Shown here piece by piece: positions 10,052-21,277 of a DNA stretch of 64,000 nt; positions within the stretch are counted from its first letter, which is position 1, and the number at the start of each line of letters is the position of its first letter. The DNA comes from a virus (taxonomy: Duplodnaviria > Caudoviricetes), in IMG/VR virus record IMGVR_UViG_3300032132_000748; one strand, written 5' to 3'. The notes beneath the pieces were generated by a model. The model was given only the letters and a program-made list of their open reading frames with translations, was not told the origin of the DNA and searched no databases. A program made the translations under genes and the position numbers.

Positions 10052-10234
10052 CTATTGGGCCTTACTCTTAGCCTCTAGCTTAAGACGAAATTCTAAATCC
10101 TGCTGCTTAACTTGTTCATGTTTGTATATGACATTACCAAACCAACAGAAAAATAAGGTGAATACAATAAGACCTACCCAAAATTCTATCCAACCACCAG
10201 GATTTTGATAGCGGTCTATAACTGATCTACTCAT
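10052..10234 (-). CDS. small membrane protein
   Basis: One TM helix plus charged tail; extended -10 TGTTACAAT 6 nt upstream of ATG 10234. Confidence 0.6.
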   Translation of the reverse strand: MSRSVIDRYQNPGGWIEFWVGLIVFTLFFCWFGNVIYKHEQVKQQDLEFRLKLEAKSKAQ

Positions 10235-10259
10235 ACACATATTGTAACAAAGGAATAAA

Positions 10260-10949
10260 ATGAATCATAAATTGATGAACTTACTGCTCTTTTATCTAAT
10301 CAAATTAGATCAACTAGGTGCTAAACCCCAGGAAATCGCTTCAATTCACCCAGACCCTATGCGAAGATTAGGGCACTGTATGTGGATGATTACTAAAATG
10401 AGATCATTTGACTGGAATAGTGATGAAATAAAATCAAATAGATGGCTTGGATACATCCAAGGAGTCCTTAATGCAGAAAGAGTGTTTTCTATCTTAGATT
10501 TACGAGATCACACAAGACCCCTCTATAATGATATTCCTGAATGCCCAGCAGTTATTCAACTTATTAGCGATGCACGCAGCGGCTCTATATCAACCAGCTA
10601 CATGACAGCCATAACTAGAATCAATTTTGAAGATATTGCCAAAAAACAATCTCGACCAATTAGAAACACTAAAGAGTTTGCCAGTTTTCATACCTATTTT
10701 AATAAAGGCGCAATAGCTCGAACAGTAACTGAAGTTATTTTCTATTTTAAAGAAGCACTCAAGGTTAGTATGACAGCCCCTGCTGCACGAAGGTCTGATC
10801 ATAATGGTATGATTATTAAATCACTAATTAAAATGAAAGAAACAAGATTTACTAAAATGGATGTTGAGGCGGCTAAGAAAGAAATTTTCGAAACAGCCCA
10901 AGAAGAGCTTAGTCGCCCCAATCTTGATGGATTGCCCCATAAGGATTAA
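10260..10949 (+). CDS. hypothetical phage protein
   Basis: 229-aa ORF with AAGGA RBS; KSNRWLGYIQGVL motif. Confidence 0.6.
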   Translation: MNHKLMNLLLFYLIKLDQLGAKPQEIASIHPDPMRRLGHCMWMITKMRSFDWNSDEIKSNRWLGYIQGVLNAERVFSILDLRDHTRPLYNDIPECPAVIQLISDARSGSISTSYMTAITRINFEDIAKKQSRPIRNTKEFASFHTYFNKGAIARTVTEVIFYFKEALKVSMTAPAARRSDHNGMIIKSLIKMKETRFTKMDVEAAKKEIFETAQEELSRPNLDGLPHKD

Positions 10950-11250
10950 TAGAAAGAATCAGATGAAGCCATCTTCTGTGACATATTTCCATTCTCCTAT
11001 CATCCCAATCTTCAGGAGTAGCCCGAAGACCTGCAGCTTCGACTGCACAGCCGTCAGCAATACCATTTAGGAGAACCTTATGTCCCATACGGCTTTCGCT
11101 CTCAGCTACAGACACTATAGCTAGAACAGCCGCACATAGGTTTTCCCACGAGGTAGCTATTGCGTCTTTAACATCTCCAGCGCTTTGTGCTGCGTCCCAT
11201 TCAGTTTTGTATGTGTCTCTTACTGAGAGAATATCGTGATTAAGTCCCAT
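10909..11250 (-). CDS. hypothetical protein
   Basis: 113-aa ORF filling the gap between + strand genes; overlaps the 3' end of the upstream gene by 41 nt. Confidence 0.45.
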   Translation of the reverse strand: MGLNHDILSVRDTYKTEWDAAQSAGDVKDAIATSWENLCAAVLAIVSVAESESRMGHKVLLNGIADGCAVEAAGLRATPEDWDDRRMEICHRRWLHLILSINPYGAIHQDWGD

Positions 11251-11288
11251 TGTTTGATTTTACCAAATATATAGATTATTATTCACTT

Positions 11289-11753
11289 ATGGATTTAATT
11301 TACAAGCATCCCGACGGCGGTAGTTTATGGCAATCAGGTTACCGAGATATACCCCATAATCTTAAGCTCCTTGGGATACAAGTAGTTATTTATGCTGCTG
11401 CCGAATGTCCACCACTCAACCATCATAAAGGTGCTAGATTAGAATATTTTCCTAATCACGACATGATGGTTCCAAAAACTAGCCCGCATTATAATGTTTT
11501 ACTTAATAATGCAAAAGCGGCTGTTCCTACTGTCGTTGAAGCTATAAAAAGCGGAGAAAATGTATTAGTAACCTGCTCTCAGGGCGTAAATAGATCCAGT
11601 CTCGTAACAGGATTATCAATTAGAGCACTATCAGAAATACCTGCATGGGAAATAGTTGATTTAATTAAAGAAAAACGAGAAGGAACCTTAACTAATGGAA
11701 CCTTCATGGGTATGATTATCGATACAAGTAGCCCCAATCCTTACTTAGATTAG
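11289..11753 (+). CDS. dual-specificity/tyrosine phosphatase family protein
   Basis: CX5R active site VLVTCSQGVNRS; start at ATG 11289 after TTGATT-N17-TATTAT. Confidence 0.85.
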   Translation: MDLIYKHPDGGSLWQSGYRDIPHNLKLLGIQVVIYAAAECPPLNHHKGARLEYFPNHDMMVPKTSPHYNVLLNNAKAAVPTVVEAIKSGENVLVTCSQGVNRSSLVTGLSIRALSEIPAWEIVDLIKEKREGTLTNGTFMGMIIDTSSPNPYLD

Positions 11754-11796
11754 GTTCGAAGCTTTACCCACCTCTTAAACGTACTATCATGTAGAA

Positions 11797-13746
11797 ATGA
11801 AGCCCAATTTAGCCATCTTTCTACCACCAAACCATCAGCCACACCATCCGTCTGTTCGGTTAAGGAGAATAAATCTCCGTAAACCCTTACGTAAAGCAGG
11901 AATTAGAGCAGATTTAATTTACAGGTATGAAGATCTATGGTCTTATTCAAATATTTTGATAAGTCACTTAGATGCAGAAGTAGCAGCCCGTTGCCGCCAG
12001 TGGAGATGCGAGGGTAGACGAATATTTTATTGTCATACAGAAGGCATTACCGGACTTAAATATCAAGACGAAATATTTAATTCCTGTGATTACATAGTTT
12101 GCTGCAGCACTAAGCTGGCTGAGATGACACAAGCAACGATAACTTCTAGTTTTACCAAATGTATCGTAATACCTGATATGCTGGAAGGTCCTCGACCAAT
12201 TCATAAACCACAAAAGAAGGAAAAACTAACTTGTGTTTGGACCGGCATGGGCGGAAATAGCTATTTAGTTAAAACGCTGAAACCAGTTATCGAGAAATGT
12301 GGTATGGATCTCACGATAATTAGCGAACACGATGATGCAGATCTCAAGTGGGATAGAGACACCTATCTATATGATATGGCGGAAGCCGACATAGTTCTTT
12401 GTCCACAAAATGTCGAGAGACAGCCCGCTAAATCTCACGTTAAGGTAGCAACGGCAATGGGCTTAGGAATGCCTCTGGTTTGTAGTCCCAATCCCGCATA
12501 TTTAGAAATTGTTAAACAGGGCATTAACGGTTATGTGGCTAGAACCTTGGAAGATTGGGAACAAGCGTTAACAGCACTCAAGAATCTCAATAAAAGGGTT
12601 GAGGTGGGTCGCGAAGCATTACAAACGTCAAAGCAATTCAATTCTGAATCTATAGCAAAACTATGGGTTGAACTACTAGACAAAGACAGCAAAGAGTTTA
12701 AGGTCGCATTTATAAACAACACCTTACCGCATAAGTATATGAGTTATGGTGACATCATATTAGATAATATGAGGCTTAGCGGGGTTAAAGTTGATGAATT
12801 TAGGTATGAGGATACGAAAGATTTAGAGCACGGCTATGACATTTATATGTTTACTGAAGTTAGATTTAATCCAGAAGATATCAATTACGTAGCACATCAC
12901 CCTCTTCGCGGCCCCCTACCGTCAGACGGAGGCCCCCGAGTTCTCATAACTCAAGAAAACATTGATCTAAACTTTTTTACATACTTTGATCTAGTAGTTA
13001 CCCCAAACAAACAACTAGGTTTAGATTGGGTCAGTAGGGGTTTTGTTAATGTTGCCGTTATCGAAAACTGGGACAGCATTGATCCAAAATATTTTGCCAC
13101 TCTTTGTCAAGATGAGGCATTTCTGCACGCCAGAAAAGAACATAATTTCAACCTCCACTCAAAGCACATTGATTCTTTTCATAGTTTACAGCCACCAGAA
13201 GAGCGTTGGGTCGGAGGAAATAGAGATCAACTCCACATCAACTGGACAATGGAAAACACCCACGAAGATGCTTCTATCCTAGATATAGGGAGTGCTGATG
13301 GTTGGCTCGCACTATTCTTAGCTATGCAGAATAGAGATGTATCTGCAGTAGAGTTTGTTAAAAGGGGTATTGACTGGACTAAAAAGAATGCTCAGAGACT
13401 TGGAGTAGATATTGATCTGAGGTATGGGTTCACGGAGAATGTGGATAATCTTTTTAACGACAAAAAATTTGATTACATCCTAGCGTATGAGATATTAGAG
13501 CATCTAGACTATAGAAGAGTTCCCTGGTATCTTGAGAAGATGGAGAATATATTAAATCCAGGAGGTAAGGTGTTAATCACATTACCGAAACAGGACTTAC
13601 ACGATAACCCAGAGCATTTATGGAGTCCAAGCATCAAATTGATTGACAACCTATTTGAAAATAAGCACAATTATCAGTGTCAGTGGATAGATATTCCTAA
13701 TCACGGAGTGCCTGGCAATTGGTTTATAAAATATGAAAAGAGGTAA
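11797..13746 (+). CDS. glycosyltransferase (GT-B-like) fused to a SAM methyltransferase
   Basis: N-terminal W.G, KS..KVATAMGLGMPLVCSP..Y.EIV..G.NGY; C-terminal ILDIGSADG, EILEHL, LNPGG. Confidence 0.8.
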   Translation: MKPNLAIFLPPNHQPHHPSVRLRRINLRKPLRKAGIRADLIYRYEDLWSYSNILISHLDAEVAARCRQWRCEGRRIFYCHTEGITGLKYQDEIFNSCDYIVCCSTKLAEMTQATITSSFTKCIVIPDMLEGPRPIHKPQKKEKLTCVWTGMGGNSYLVKTLKPVIEKCGMDLTIISEHDDADLKWDRDTYLYDMAEADIVLCPQNVERQPAKSHVKVATAMGLGMPLVCSPNPAYLEIVKQGINGYVARTLEDWEQALTALKNLNKRVEVGREALQTSKQFNSESIAKLWVELLDKDSKEFKVAFINNTLPHKYMSYGDIILDNMRLSGVKVDEFRYEDTKDLEHGYDIYMFTEVRFNPEDINYVAHHPLRGPLPSDGGPRVLITQENIDLNFFTYFDLVVTPNKQLGLDWVSRGFVNVAVIENWDSIDPKYFATLCQDEAFLHARKEHNFNLHSKHIDSFHSLQPPEERWVGGNRDQLHINWTMENTHEDASILDIGSADGWLALFLAMQNRDVSAVEFVKRGIDWTKKNAQRLGVDIDLRYGFTENVDNLFNDKKFDYILAYEILEHLDYRRVPWYLEKMENILNPGGKVLITLPKQDLHDNPEHLWSPSIKLIDNLFENKHNYQCQWIDIPNHGVPGNWFIKYEKR

Positions 13747-13748
13747 AA

Positions 13749-14096
13749 ATGCACGGAGATAATCATGATGGGCAGAGAGCTTTAGATATGACAATAGGAA
13801 ATTGGCATATTCTAAGAGCTGTGTGGTATCCTTATTTCAAACCAAATCCGATGGTAGCCAAATCATTTACTGTATCAGCCTGGAAAGTAGCAACAACGTC
13901 CTCTGGAGAAAAGCCGGGCCATCCGGTTTTTTTAAAAGAGATTGGTGGGGATAAAGTCTTCCACGCATCATACAAGGATCTTGGAAAAAAATTTCTACCA
14001 GAGCAACACTATAAAGATGTGCTTGCGTTTAACGGATATATCGTCGAAGATCAAGGTGATGATTTTATATCATTTGCCCGGAAACCGGCTATATAG
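13749..14096 (+). CDS. hypothetical protein
   Basis: 115-aa ORF with GAGG RBS. Confidence 0.55.
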   Translation: MHGDNHDGQRALDMTIGNWHILRAVWYPYFKPNPMVAKSFTVSAWKVATTSSGEKPGHPVFLKEIGGDKVFHASYKDLGKKFLPEQHYKDVLAFNGYIVEDQGDDFISFARKPAI

Positions 14097-14225
14097 TCTT
14101 TTCAAGAAGAAACAGATTTCCATCCCTTGACCTAACTCCTTACATTGCTAATATGAAGTTGTGAAAGACTGTATGTGCGAGTATACCCTTCTTAAAAAAG
14201 ACCTCGCTGTCAGCGAGGAGATTTA

Positions 14226-16679
14226 ATGTTCGATCGTTTTACGATAACAGCACGAAAAGTGATGCGACTGGCTCGAACCGAATGCTCAACATTTAAGCAT
14301 GGTTTCATAGGCACAGAGCATTTCCTTTTAGGATTGCTTAGGGAAGATAAAAGTATTGCAGCCGCCGTCCTCAGGACGATGGGTGTAACAGCAGACAAAG
14401 TTATCAAAGAGATTGAGATTGAGCCCTCAAATACACCACCCATGGGAGTCATCCCTTTTACCAAAAGAGCAAAACAAACTCTTGAGGCGGCTGTCGAAGA
14501 AGCGGCTCATCTACGACACAACTATATTGGCCCAGAGCACATCCTGCTAGGGCTATTAGATGACGAGAATGGTGCTGCCGTTCAAATTCTACTCAAAATG
14601 AATGTCGATATTGATGACGTAAGAAGCGAAGTACTTGAGCTTATTACAGAGACAGTGACTACGGCAGAGGATGAGGAAGAAGAAAAGACCGTAGACGCCA
14701 CCAAAAAGAAAGCAAAAGCGAAAAAAGGTAAGAGTGCTCTAGATCAGTTTGGTAGAGATCTTACAAAGTATGCTGCTGATGGAAAACTGGACCCAGTCAT
14801 TGGTCGTAAGGATGAAATAGAAAGAGTACTACTAGTCCTAGCACGTAGAAATAAGAATAATCCAATTCTTCTTGGAGAACCTGGGGTCGGAAAGACTGCC
14901 ATTGTTGAGGGTATCGCCCAACAAATCATAAACGGAAAAGCACCAGAAATGTTAGACGGTCACAGACTCATTGCATTAGACTTGGCAGCTATGGTTGCGG
15001 GCACTAAATACCGAGGCCAGTTTGAGGAAAGAATTAAAGCCGTCATGGCAGAGGCTACTAAAGAGAAAATTATTCTCTTCATTGACGAAATTCATACTCT
15101 AGTTGGGGCTGGAGGGGCTGAAGGCGCTATTGATGCAGCTAATGTCCTTAAACCAGCACTTTCTCGGGGAGAAATACGATGCATCGGAGCCACTACGCTT
15201 GATGAGTATAGAAAATCTCTAGAGAAAGATGGGGCTCTAGCGCGACGTTTCCAAAAAGTGATAGTTGACCCGCCGTCTGTAGAACAAGCAGAGCAGATTT
15301 TGCTAGGTGTGATTAATAAATATGAGGCACACCACAAAGTTAAATACTCTAAGGAAGCACTAAAGACAGCAGTAAATCTCGCTGATCGATATATCACAGC
15401 TAGATTCTTACCAGATAAAGCTCTGGACGTTATTGATGAAGCTGGTGCCAGAGTTGTTCTGGAAAAACACCGACCTAAAAAGTTGGCAGATGCAGAACTT
15501 GATCTTGAAACACTTGAGAAATCAAAAATTAATGCAGTTGCTGATCAAGAATTTGAGGAGGCTGCTTCCATCCGCGATAAAATCGAAAAGCTAGAAGAGA
15601 GTATTAAGCAACTAAAGCTTACTTGGAAACAAGAAAATAAAAAGAAACCCGTTGTTACTAAAAAATTGATCGCAAGAACAATTTCTAAAATGACGGGAAT
15701 TCCTCTCGAAAGTTTAAGTGCTTCTGAGACGGAAAAACTTCTCAAGCTAGAATCTCATCTTGGCAAAATAGTTATTGGACAAACTAAAGCCAAAGAGCAG
15801 CTTGCGAAATCTCTTCGTAAAGCCCGAGCGGGTCTTGGTGACCCAAATCGGCCAATGGGCACCTACTTATTCGTCGGACCAACTGGTGTTGGTAAAACAC
15901 TACTAGCTAAAGCTATGGCTAAGACTATTTTTGATTCGGAAGAAGCATTGATCACCATGGATATGTCTGAGTATTCAGAAAAAATCAATGTATCAAGATT
16001 GGTCGGAAGTGCCCCTGGATATGTAGGATACGAGGAAGGCGGCCAACTAACGGAGGCAGTCAGAAGAAAGCCTTATTCAGTTGTTCTTTTTGACGAAATC
16101 GAAAAAGCTCACCCGGAAGTATTTAATATTCTTCTTCAAATAATGGAAGATGGCAAGTTGACTGATTCTCAAGGAAGAAAGGTTAATTTCAAAAATACTG
16201 TTATCATACTTACTAGTAATGTTGGTAGTAGCGCTATCATAAATAAATCTTCCCTAGGTTTTGGTGGAGGTAGTGAAACGTCTGAAGAAATGATTGAAAA
16301 ACAGATAAGTGAAGATCTAAATAGAACCTTCAAACCCGAATTTTTGAATAGATTAGACGCAAAAGTTATCTTTACTCAACTAACTAAGGATGAGCTATAC
16401 GAGGTTCTGGATCTTGAACTCCATAAGGTTATTAAGAGACTCCAAGAAAAAGGCCGAACATTGGAGCTTAGTCCTGCAGCGAAAGACTTCTTACTAGATA
16501 AAGGTTACAACCCTGAATATGGCGCACGTCCGCTTAGACGTGCGGTAGGTACTTATGTTGAAGACCTTCTTGCTGAGGAAATATTAAAGGGAGCTTTCCC
16601 GGATAATGAGAAGATTCTCTTGGATAGAAATCCTGAAGATGATCACCTATTTGCCTGTAATATAGTTCTTGAAGCTTAG
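14226..16679 (+). CDS. clpC: ATP-dependent Clp protease ATPase subunit ClpC
   Basis: Double Clp-N domain, NBD1 [16 protein letters not shown]-like middle domain ([11 protein letters not shown]), NBD2 [21 protein letters not shown] ClpP-docking loop, GARPLRR. Confidence 0.96.
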   Translation: MFDRFTITARKVMRLARTECSTFKHGFIGTEHFLLGLLREDKSIAAAVLRTMGVTADKVIKEIEIEPSNTPPMGVIPFTKRAKQTLEAAVEEAAHLRHNYIGPEHILLGLLDDENGAAVQILLKMNVDIDDVRSEVLELITETVTTAEDEEEEKTVDATKKKAKAKKGKSALDQFGRDLTKYAADGKLDPVIGRKDEIERVLLVLARRNKNNPILLGEPGVGKTAIVEGIAQQIINGKAPEMLDGHRLIALDLAAMVAGTKYRGQFEERIKAVMAEATKEKIILFIDEIHTLVGAGGAEGAIDAANVLKPALSRGEIRCIGATTLDEYRKSLEKDGALARRFQKVIVDPPSVEQAEQILLGVINKYEAHHKVKYSKEALKTAVNLADRYITARFLPDKALDVIDEAGARVVLEKHRPKKLADAELDLETLEKSKINAVADQEFEEAASIRDKIEKLEESIKQLKLTWKQENKKKPVVTKKLIARTISKMTGIPLESLSASETEKLLKLESHLGKIVIGQTKAKEQLAKSLRKARAGLGDPNRPMGTYLFVGPTGVGKTLLAKAMAKTIFDSEEALITMDMSEYSEKINVSRLVGSAPGYVGYEEGGQLTEAVRRKPYSVVLFDEIEKAHPEVFNILLQIMEDGKLTDSQGRKVNFKNTVIILTSNVGSSAIINKSSLGFGGGSETSEEMIEKQISEDLNRTFKPEFLNRLDAKVIFTQLTKDELYEVLDLELHKVIKRLQEKGRTLELSPAAKDFLLDKGYNPEYGARPLRRAVGTYVEDLLAEEILKGAFPDNEKILLDRNPEDDHLFACNIVLEA

Positions 16680-16765
16680 TTGTCAGACCCTCTTGATACA
16701 CTATAACTAGTAAGAAACCTTGAGGAGATACTTCTTCGTGGTATATTGAACGTAATGGAGAGAGA

Positions 16766-17170
16766 ATGGGCACATTAGCAAAATTAGCAAATGAACTCTA
16801 TGATCTTCGAGAACAGAAGTCAGGAATTACTAGTTCCTTGAGTGAAGTTAAGAAGAAAATAGATGAAGTTGAGAAAGAGATGCTTGAGGAGCTTGCCGAG
16901 GAAGGCATGAATCGAGTAGACATTAGCGGTAAAGGATCATTCTTTATAGCTACAAGAAAATTTTATCGTATCGATGATAAGGATGCCTTCATAGCCTTCC
17001 TTGAAGAACAGGGAGATGAGGATATACTGTCGGTTCAGCACCAGACTCTGAACGGTTATGCTAAGGAAATAGCAACTAGAAAAGAAGCTGATGGTGACTC
17101 GGAATTCGAAATACCGGGATTAGTATTCCATGCGAAATCACAAATCAAAGTCAAGAAGAGTAAAAACTAA
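16766..17170 (+). CDS. conserved phage coiled-coil protein upstream of SSB
   Basis: N-terminal coiled coil; GGAG RBS; extended -10 TGGTATATT upstream. Confidence 0.6.
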   Translation: MGTLAKLANELYDLREQKSGITSSLSEVKKKIDEVEKEMLEELAEEGMNRVDISGKGSFFIATRKFYRIDDKDAFIAFLEEQGDEDILSVQHQTLNGYAKEIATRKEADGDSEFEIPGLVFHAKSQIKVKKSKN

Positions 17171-17179
17171 GGAGTTGTA

Positions 17180-18037
17180 ATGGCTAAGAAAAAATCAACA
17201 GAAATGGCTCTAGCAACAGTAGAATCATTGCTTCCAGCAAATATGGAGTTCGATCAACTTATTGAAAACCTAGAGGAAATGGATGAAGTCAATTTCCCTA
17301 GAATTTCGTTTAAGAATGGTCGATTTAAACTATCTAAAGACGACAAAGGAGCAGACGTACTTAAAGGTGTAATTCTTTTCCATGGTCGCCAGAACACATA
17401 TTGGGAGGGAACTTATGATCCCAACAATATCGTTCCTCCTGAGTGCTTCTCAGTGGATGGTAAGACTGGTTCTAAAGCACGAAATAGCAGCGGCCAATTC
17501 GGGTCTTGCCGTAGTTGTGCTTACAATCAGTTCGGCTCGGGTGCGGGTAAAGGCAAGGCTTGCCGCAACCAAAAGAAAGTTTACATACAGGTGCCAGGGA
17601 ACGCCGTTCCTTATACTTTGTTCTTAGCACCCACAAGTTTAACTGGTTTCAATGATGGATATATCATGAATAAGATTGTCCAAAAAGGCCACCAGTATTG
17701 GGCTGTTCTCACTACCTTTACCGCTTATCAAGAAGGTAACGACACTTACTTCAAAATATCATTCGAAGTAGATAGTTCCTTTGAGGGCGAAGAGAAAACT
17801 CAACTCAAAGAGTTGAGAGATTTCTGGATGCCAGCTATTAAAGCTGACAGAGCACAACTTGATGTTCCTGGCGGAGCAAGCAGTAGTAGCTCATCATCTT
17901 CGGAAGATGAATCCAGTGAGGAAAGCGAAGAGACTTCTACGAGAACGGTAGAAGCACGTAAACCGGCCCCCGTCTCTGCACCAGCAGCAGATGATGCTGC
18001 CAGTGATGAGATGGACGAGGAAGATCCTCCGTTCTAG
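17180..18037 (+). CDS. putative single-stranded DNA-binding/annealing protein
   Basis: Cys-containing core (C..C..NQFGS...GKAC), Ser/Glu-rich linker, acidic tail ending DEEDPPF; next to the primase. Confidence 0.7.
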   Translation: MAKKKSTEMALATVESLLPANMEFDQLIENLEEMDEVNFPRISFKNGRFKLSKDDKGADVLKGVILFHGRQNTYWEGTYDPNNIVPPECFSVDGKTGSKARNSSGQFGSCRSCAYNQFGSGAGKGKACRNQKKVYIQVPGNAVPYTLFLAPTSLTGFNDGYIMNKIVQKGHQYWAVLTTFTAYQEGNDTYFKISFEVDSSFEGEEKTQLKELRDFWMPAIKADRAQLDVPGGASSSSSSSSEDESSEESEETSTRTVEARKPAPVSAPAADDAASDEMDEEDPPF

Positions 18038-18061
18038 TTCTTTTAAAGTTTAGATAAAAAA

Positions 18062-18099
18062 TGGCGAGCCAGGTCCAGTATCTGGCTCGCTATTTTTTT
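18062..18099 (+). terminator. intrinsic terminator
   Basis: TGGCGAGCCAG...CTGGCTCGCTA stem followed by a T run. Confidence 0.8.
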
Positions 18100-18215
18100 A
18101 TATCATCTGTCAGTGTTGTTAAGTACAATTCAAAAGATGTTAAACGGAATTTAAAGACTTTATTGGACCCATCAATTGAAAATTTGTGGGTCCGCTTTAC
18201 TATACTAAGAGGACT

Positions 18216-20951
18216 ATGGCAGAGACGATCAAAGATATGCTCGGTAGGATGGATGACCCATCTAAGAGAATCGAAATATATACTAGCTTTATAAATAAAG
18301 CTATTCTCGACGATAATGATCGAGAAAATCTTAAAAAAGAACGAGGATTTACGGATGAGATTATAGATTTATGTCACTTCAAGAGTTGCCGTCCAGAGAA
18401 CCGAGAAATAATTGAGGATCTTAAGAAGATCTACACTGAAGAAGATCTTATCGAAGTCGGTATGCTTGAAGCAACCGACAGCGGGGTCAAACCTTGCGGA
18501 CAACTTCTTGGAATATATAACAAGAAGGGTGACTTTATAAATAATATTTGCATCCCCTACTTTAACGCCGACGGAGAGATCTATTTTCTCAGACCCCACA
18601 AATTCGGCTTTAAGGGCCTCGGGATTAATATTTATTGCCCCGCACGTGAGCTGTCTCCTGATAAGACCTGGATAATTACTGAGAGCGAGTTTAAGGCTGC
18701 AGCGACCATTCAGTTCGGCTACGCAGCCATCGGGCTCCCTGGCATCCACTCATTTGCTGAAAATCATTTCAATCGTCTCAAGGCATTTATTGAAATAATA
18801 GGCATAAGCAATGTGGTTGTCATTTATGACAATGAGATAAAAACAAACCCAGAGTATTCTAACTATAAACCCGATGTGCTTAAGCAGTGGGATACACAAT
18901 GGCGGGCTGTTGATATTTGCCGTAAGCTAATTAAGAATGTACCTGATCTCGCATCTGTTAAAGTCGGGGTACTTCCCGATGACTGGATGGAGGAAGGAAA
19001 AATAGATATTGATGGAGCATTAGCTCAAGGCCGAACTCCTAGCGAATTCAAGTCGGTCGTTTATCGAGCATTAACTTGGCGAGACTATCTTCAGAAATTA
19101 CCTCCAGTAGCTAGAAAAATCATCGCTCGAAAAGTTTATCGAGAGGACTTTCTCGAAAAGAGCGTTATTTCTAAAAAAGATAATGGCTACTTTATTAAAA
19201 AGAAGAAGAAGGTCGGTCGCGGAGACGCTTCCGAAATCATCGAAATCGAAGAGCAAATAGCAAACTTCACGATGGATATTAAAAAAGTTCTAGTCGAAGG
19301 TGACGTTCACGTTAGAGAAGTTATTTTTAATGGACAAGACGGAAGTAGATCTAAACCTCATGTGAGTAAGAGCGCAACAACTATTCTCAGAGATTATAAA
19401 GTCTGGGCAAGAGGTTGTGGAGACTATACTTTCATGGGACGACAAGAAGAGCTGGATATGGTTTGGCAACTTGAAGGAGCCATGTGCGATGGTCGAGAAA
19501 TTCTCCGGCCTGAGCAAATTGGAAAACTCAAAGAAGTCGAAGAACCTCTCTGGTTGTTTGGTAATGCTCTAATTAAAGAGGACGATGGTACTGTCCTCCA
19601 GCCAGATAAGGAAGGAATTATTTGGTCTGGATTGACTGGGTATTTACCTAGAAGTATTAAGGTCGCCGCAAAAGCAAAAACTAGTATTAAAGCAACACAA
19701 GTACCTACTGTTAACCTTCACGACAAAACAGTTGATTTGAAAAAGCTTAAAGACATCATCAATAAGATGGAAGAAATCTGGGGAACTAAAGCCGTTTGCT
19801 TAGCCGTAGGCTGGGTAATAGCCACGCTTCTTTCCGATGAAATACATCACCATTATGGATGTTTTCCTCTGCTATTTATCGGAGGTAAACGTGAGTCAGG
19901 AAAAACGACTCTAGCCCAGTGGTTGATGGCAATGGGCGGCCAGCACGATCCAGTAGGTAGTTCCTTGGAAGGAACAACCCAACCAGGGGCGACACGACAC
20001 TTAGCGTGGTATAGCTCTCTAGTTTATTGGATGGATGAGTATCGAAACAACTCTAAGGTTAAGAAGTGGGACGGATTCTTCCGTAACGCATACAACCGCC
20101 AATCACCATCTAAGGGAACACTTGGTGCTGGAGTTAGATCACAGGACATTAATGCTGGGATTCTTCTCTCTGGAGAGGAAACACCTCATGATAACGCTTT
20201 ATTGAGTCGTTGTGTAGTTATTCCTCTAGCTAAGAGAAAAAAAGATACACAAGAGCATTTCAAGGAAATAGAAGTTTTAAGAACTGAGGCAACTCTTTCC
20301 CAACTTATAATCGAAGTAATTAAAGTAAAGAAGGCAATACTACCTTCCGTCTTAAATAATATTGACGGATGGAAGAAACGCCTCTTAGACGCCGGAGTCG
20401 GCCCTCGTATTAGTTTAAACTACGCAATACCTGCAGTTTGCTACGATATGATTTTCTTACGCGATGAGTCCATGACCGTAAGAAAAGAGTTTGTTCGATG
20501 GGTTGTCGAAGAATCACATAGAACAGAGCTTGAAAAAGAGAGTGAGCACATGCTTGCAGTCTTTATGGAAGATCTAGTTTCTATTCACGAACACCTGGAT
20601 GGATTCTATACAGTTTTTGATCAAAGCAAAGAAGACAAAGGTAAAAAGCGAATAGCAATCCACTTCCCCACTTTTTATTCTAAATGGACCGAAACATATA
20701 GAAGAAAAGGGCATGAACAGTTTAAACGGGGAACTATGCTTAGTTATATACGGGAAGAGCCTTATTACATAGAAGATAATAAGCTTAAACGAATTGGAGG
20801 TAAACCAACTCGCAGTCTTGTTCTGAGCTTAGATCCAGAAGACAATCCACCTGACGGATTGCTTTACTTGGCAGAAGGCCGAGCTGGTGGTGAAGAAAGT
20901 ATTAAGGGAGCTATGGACTCTCTTTCTTCGGACGATAATGATTTGTTCTAA
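18216..20951 (+). CDS. DNA primase-helicase (Toprim-like + P-loop ATPase)
   Basis: IPYF..DG, IITESEFKA and IYDNE Toprim-like motifs; Walker A GKRESGKTT and Walker B WMDEY; start ATG 18216 after AGAGGA. Confidence 0.8.
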   Translation: MAETIKDMLGRMDDPSKRIEIYTSFINKAILDDNDRENLKKERGFTDEIIDLCHFKSCRPENREIIEDLKKIYTEEDLIEVGMLEATDSGVKPCGQLLGIYNKKGDFINNICIPYFNADGEIYFLRPHKFGFKGLGINIYCPARELSPDKTWIITESEFKAAATIQFGYAAIGLPGIHSFAENHFNRLKAFIEIIGISNVVVIYDNEIKTNPEYSNYKPDVLKQWDTQWRAVDICRKLIKNVPDLASVKVGVLPDDWMEEGKIDIDGALAQGRTPSEFKSVVYRALTWRDYLQKLPPVARKIIARKVYREDFLEKSVISKKDNGYFIKKKKKVGRGDASEIIEIEEQIANFTMDIKKVLVEGDVHVREVIFNGQDGSRSKPHVSKSATTILRDYKVWARGCGDYTFMGRQEELDMVWQLEGAMCDGREILRPEQIGKLKEVEEPLWLFGNALIKEDDGTVLQPDKEGIIWSGLTGYLPRSIKVAAKAKTSIKATQVPTVNLHDKTVDLKKLKDIINKMEEIWGTKAVCLAVGWVIATLLSDEIHHHYGCFPLLFIGGKRESGKTTLAQWLMAMGGQHDPVGSSLEGTTQPGATRHLAWYSSLVYWMDEYRNNSKVKKWDGFFRNAYNRQSPSKGTLGAGVRSQDINAGILLSGEETPHDNALLSRCVVIPLAKRKKDTQEHFKEIEVLRTEATLSQLIIEVIKVKKAILPSVLNNIDGWKKRLLDAGVGPRISLNYAIPAVCYDMIFLRDESMTVRKEFVRWVVEESHRTELEKESEHMLAVFMEDLVSIHEHLDGFYTVFDQSKEDKGKKRIAIHFPTFYSKWTETYRRKGHEQFKRGTMLSYIREEPYYIEDNKLKRIGGKPTRSLVLSLDPEDNPPDGLLYLAEGRAGGEESIKGAMDSLSSDDNDLF

Positions 20952-21019
20952 GTCAAGCTTCTTGATCGCTTGATGGGCCATGGTAATATCAAGTATGAAT
21001 TTAGTATGGAGTTTATATT

Positions 21020-21277
21020 ATGAATATAGATTTGTCAGAAATAGCTGAAGATTTTGAAGAGATTCCCGAGCCAAAAATGGAAGATTTAGTAAATATTCCA
21101 TATGATCAACAGATTTATCTGTGTCAGAAAACTCTTTCGCGTTGGCGAAAAACGAGCAAAAGTTTGGTCCGAGACTATGACGGTGAGGCGGATTGGCATG
21201 AAATGGCTGCATATGTAAACAAGACGTATGATCAGGTTTTCATGGAAACATATAATAAATATGCCAAAGCGCAATAG
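21020..21277 (+). CDS. hypothetical protein
   Basis: 85-aa ORF with GGAG RBS. Confidence 0.55.
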   Translation: MNIDLSEIAEDFEEIPEPKMEDLVNIPYDQQIYLCQKTLSRWRKTSKSLVRDYDGEADWHEMAAYVNKTYDQVFMETYNKYAKAQ

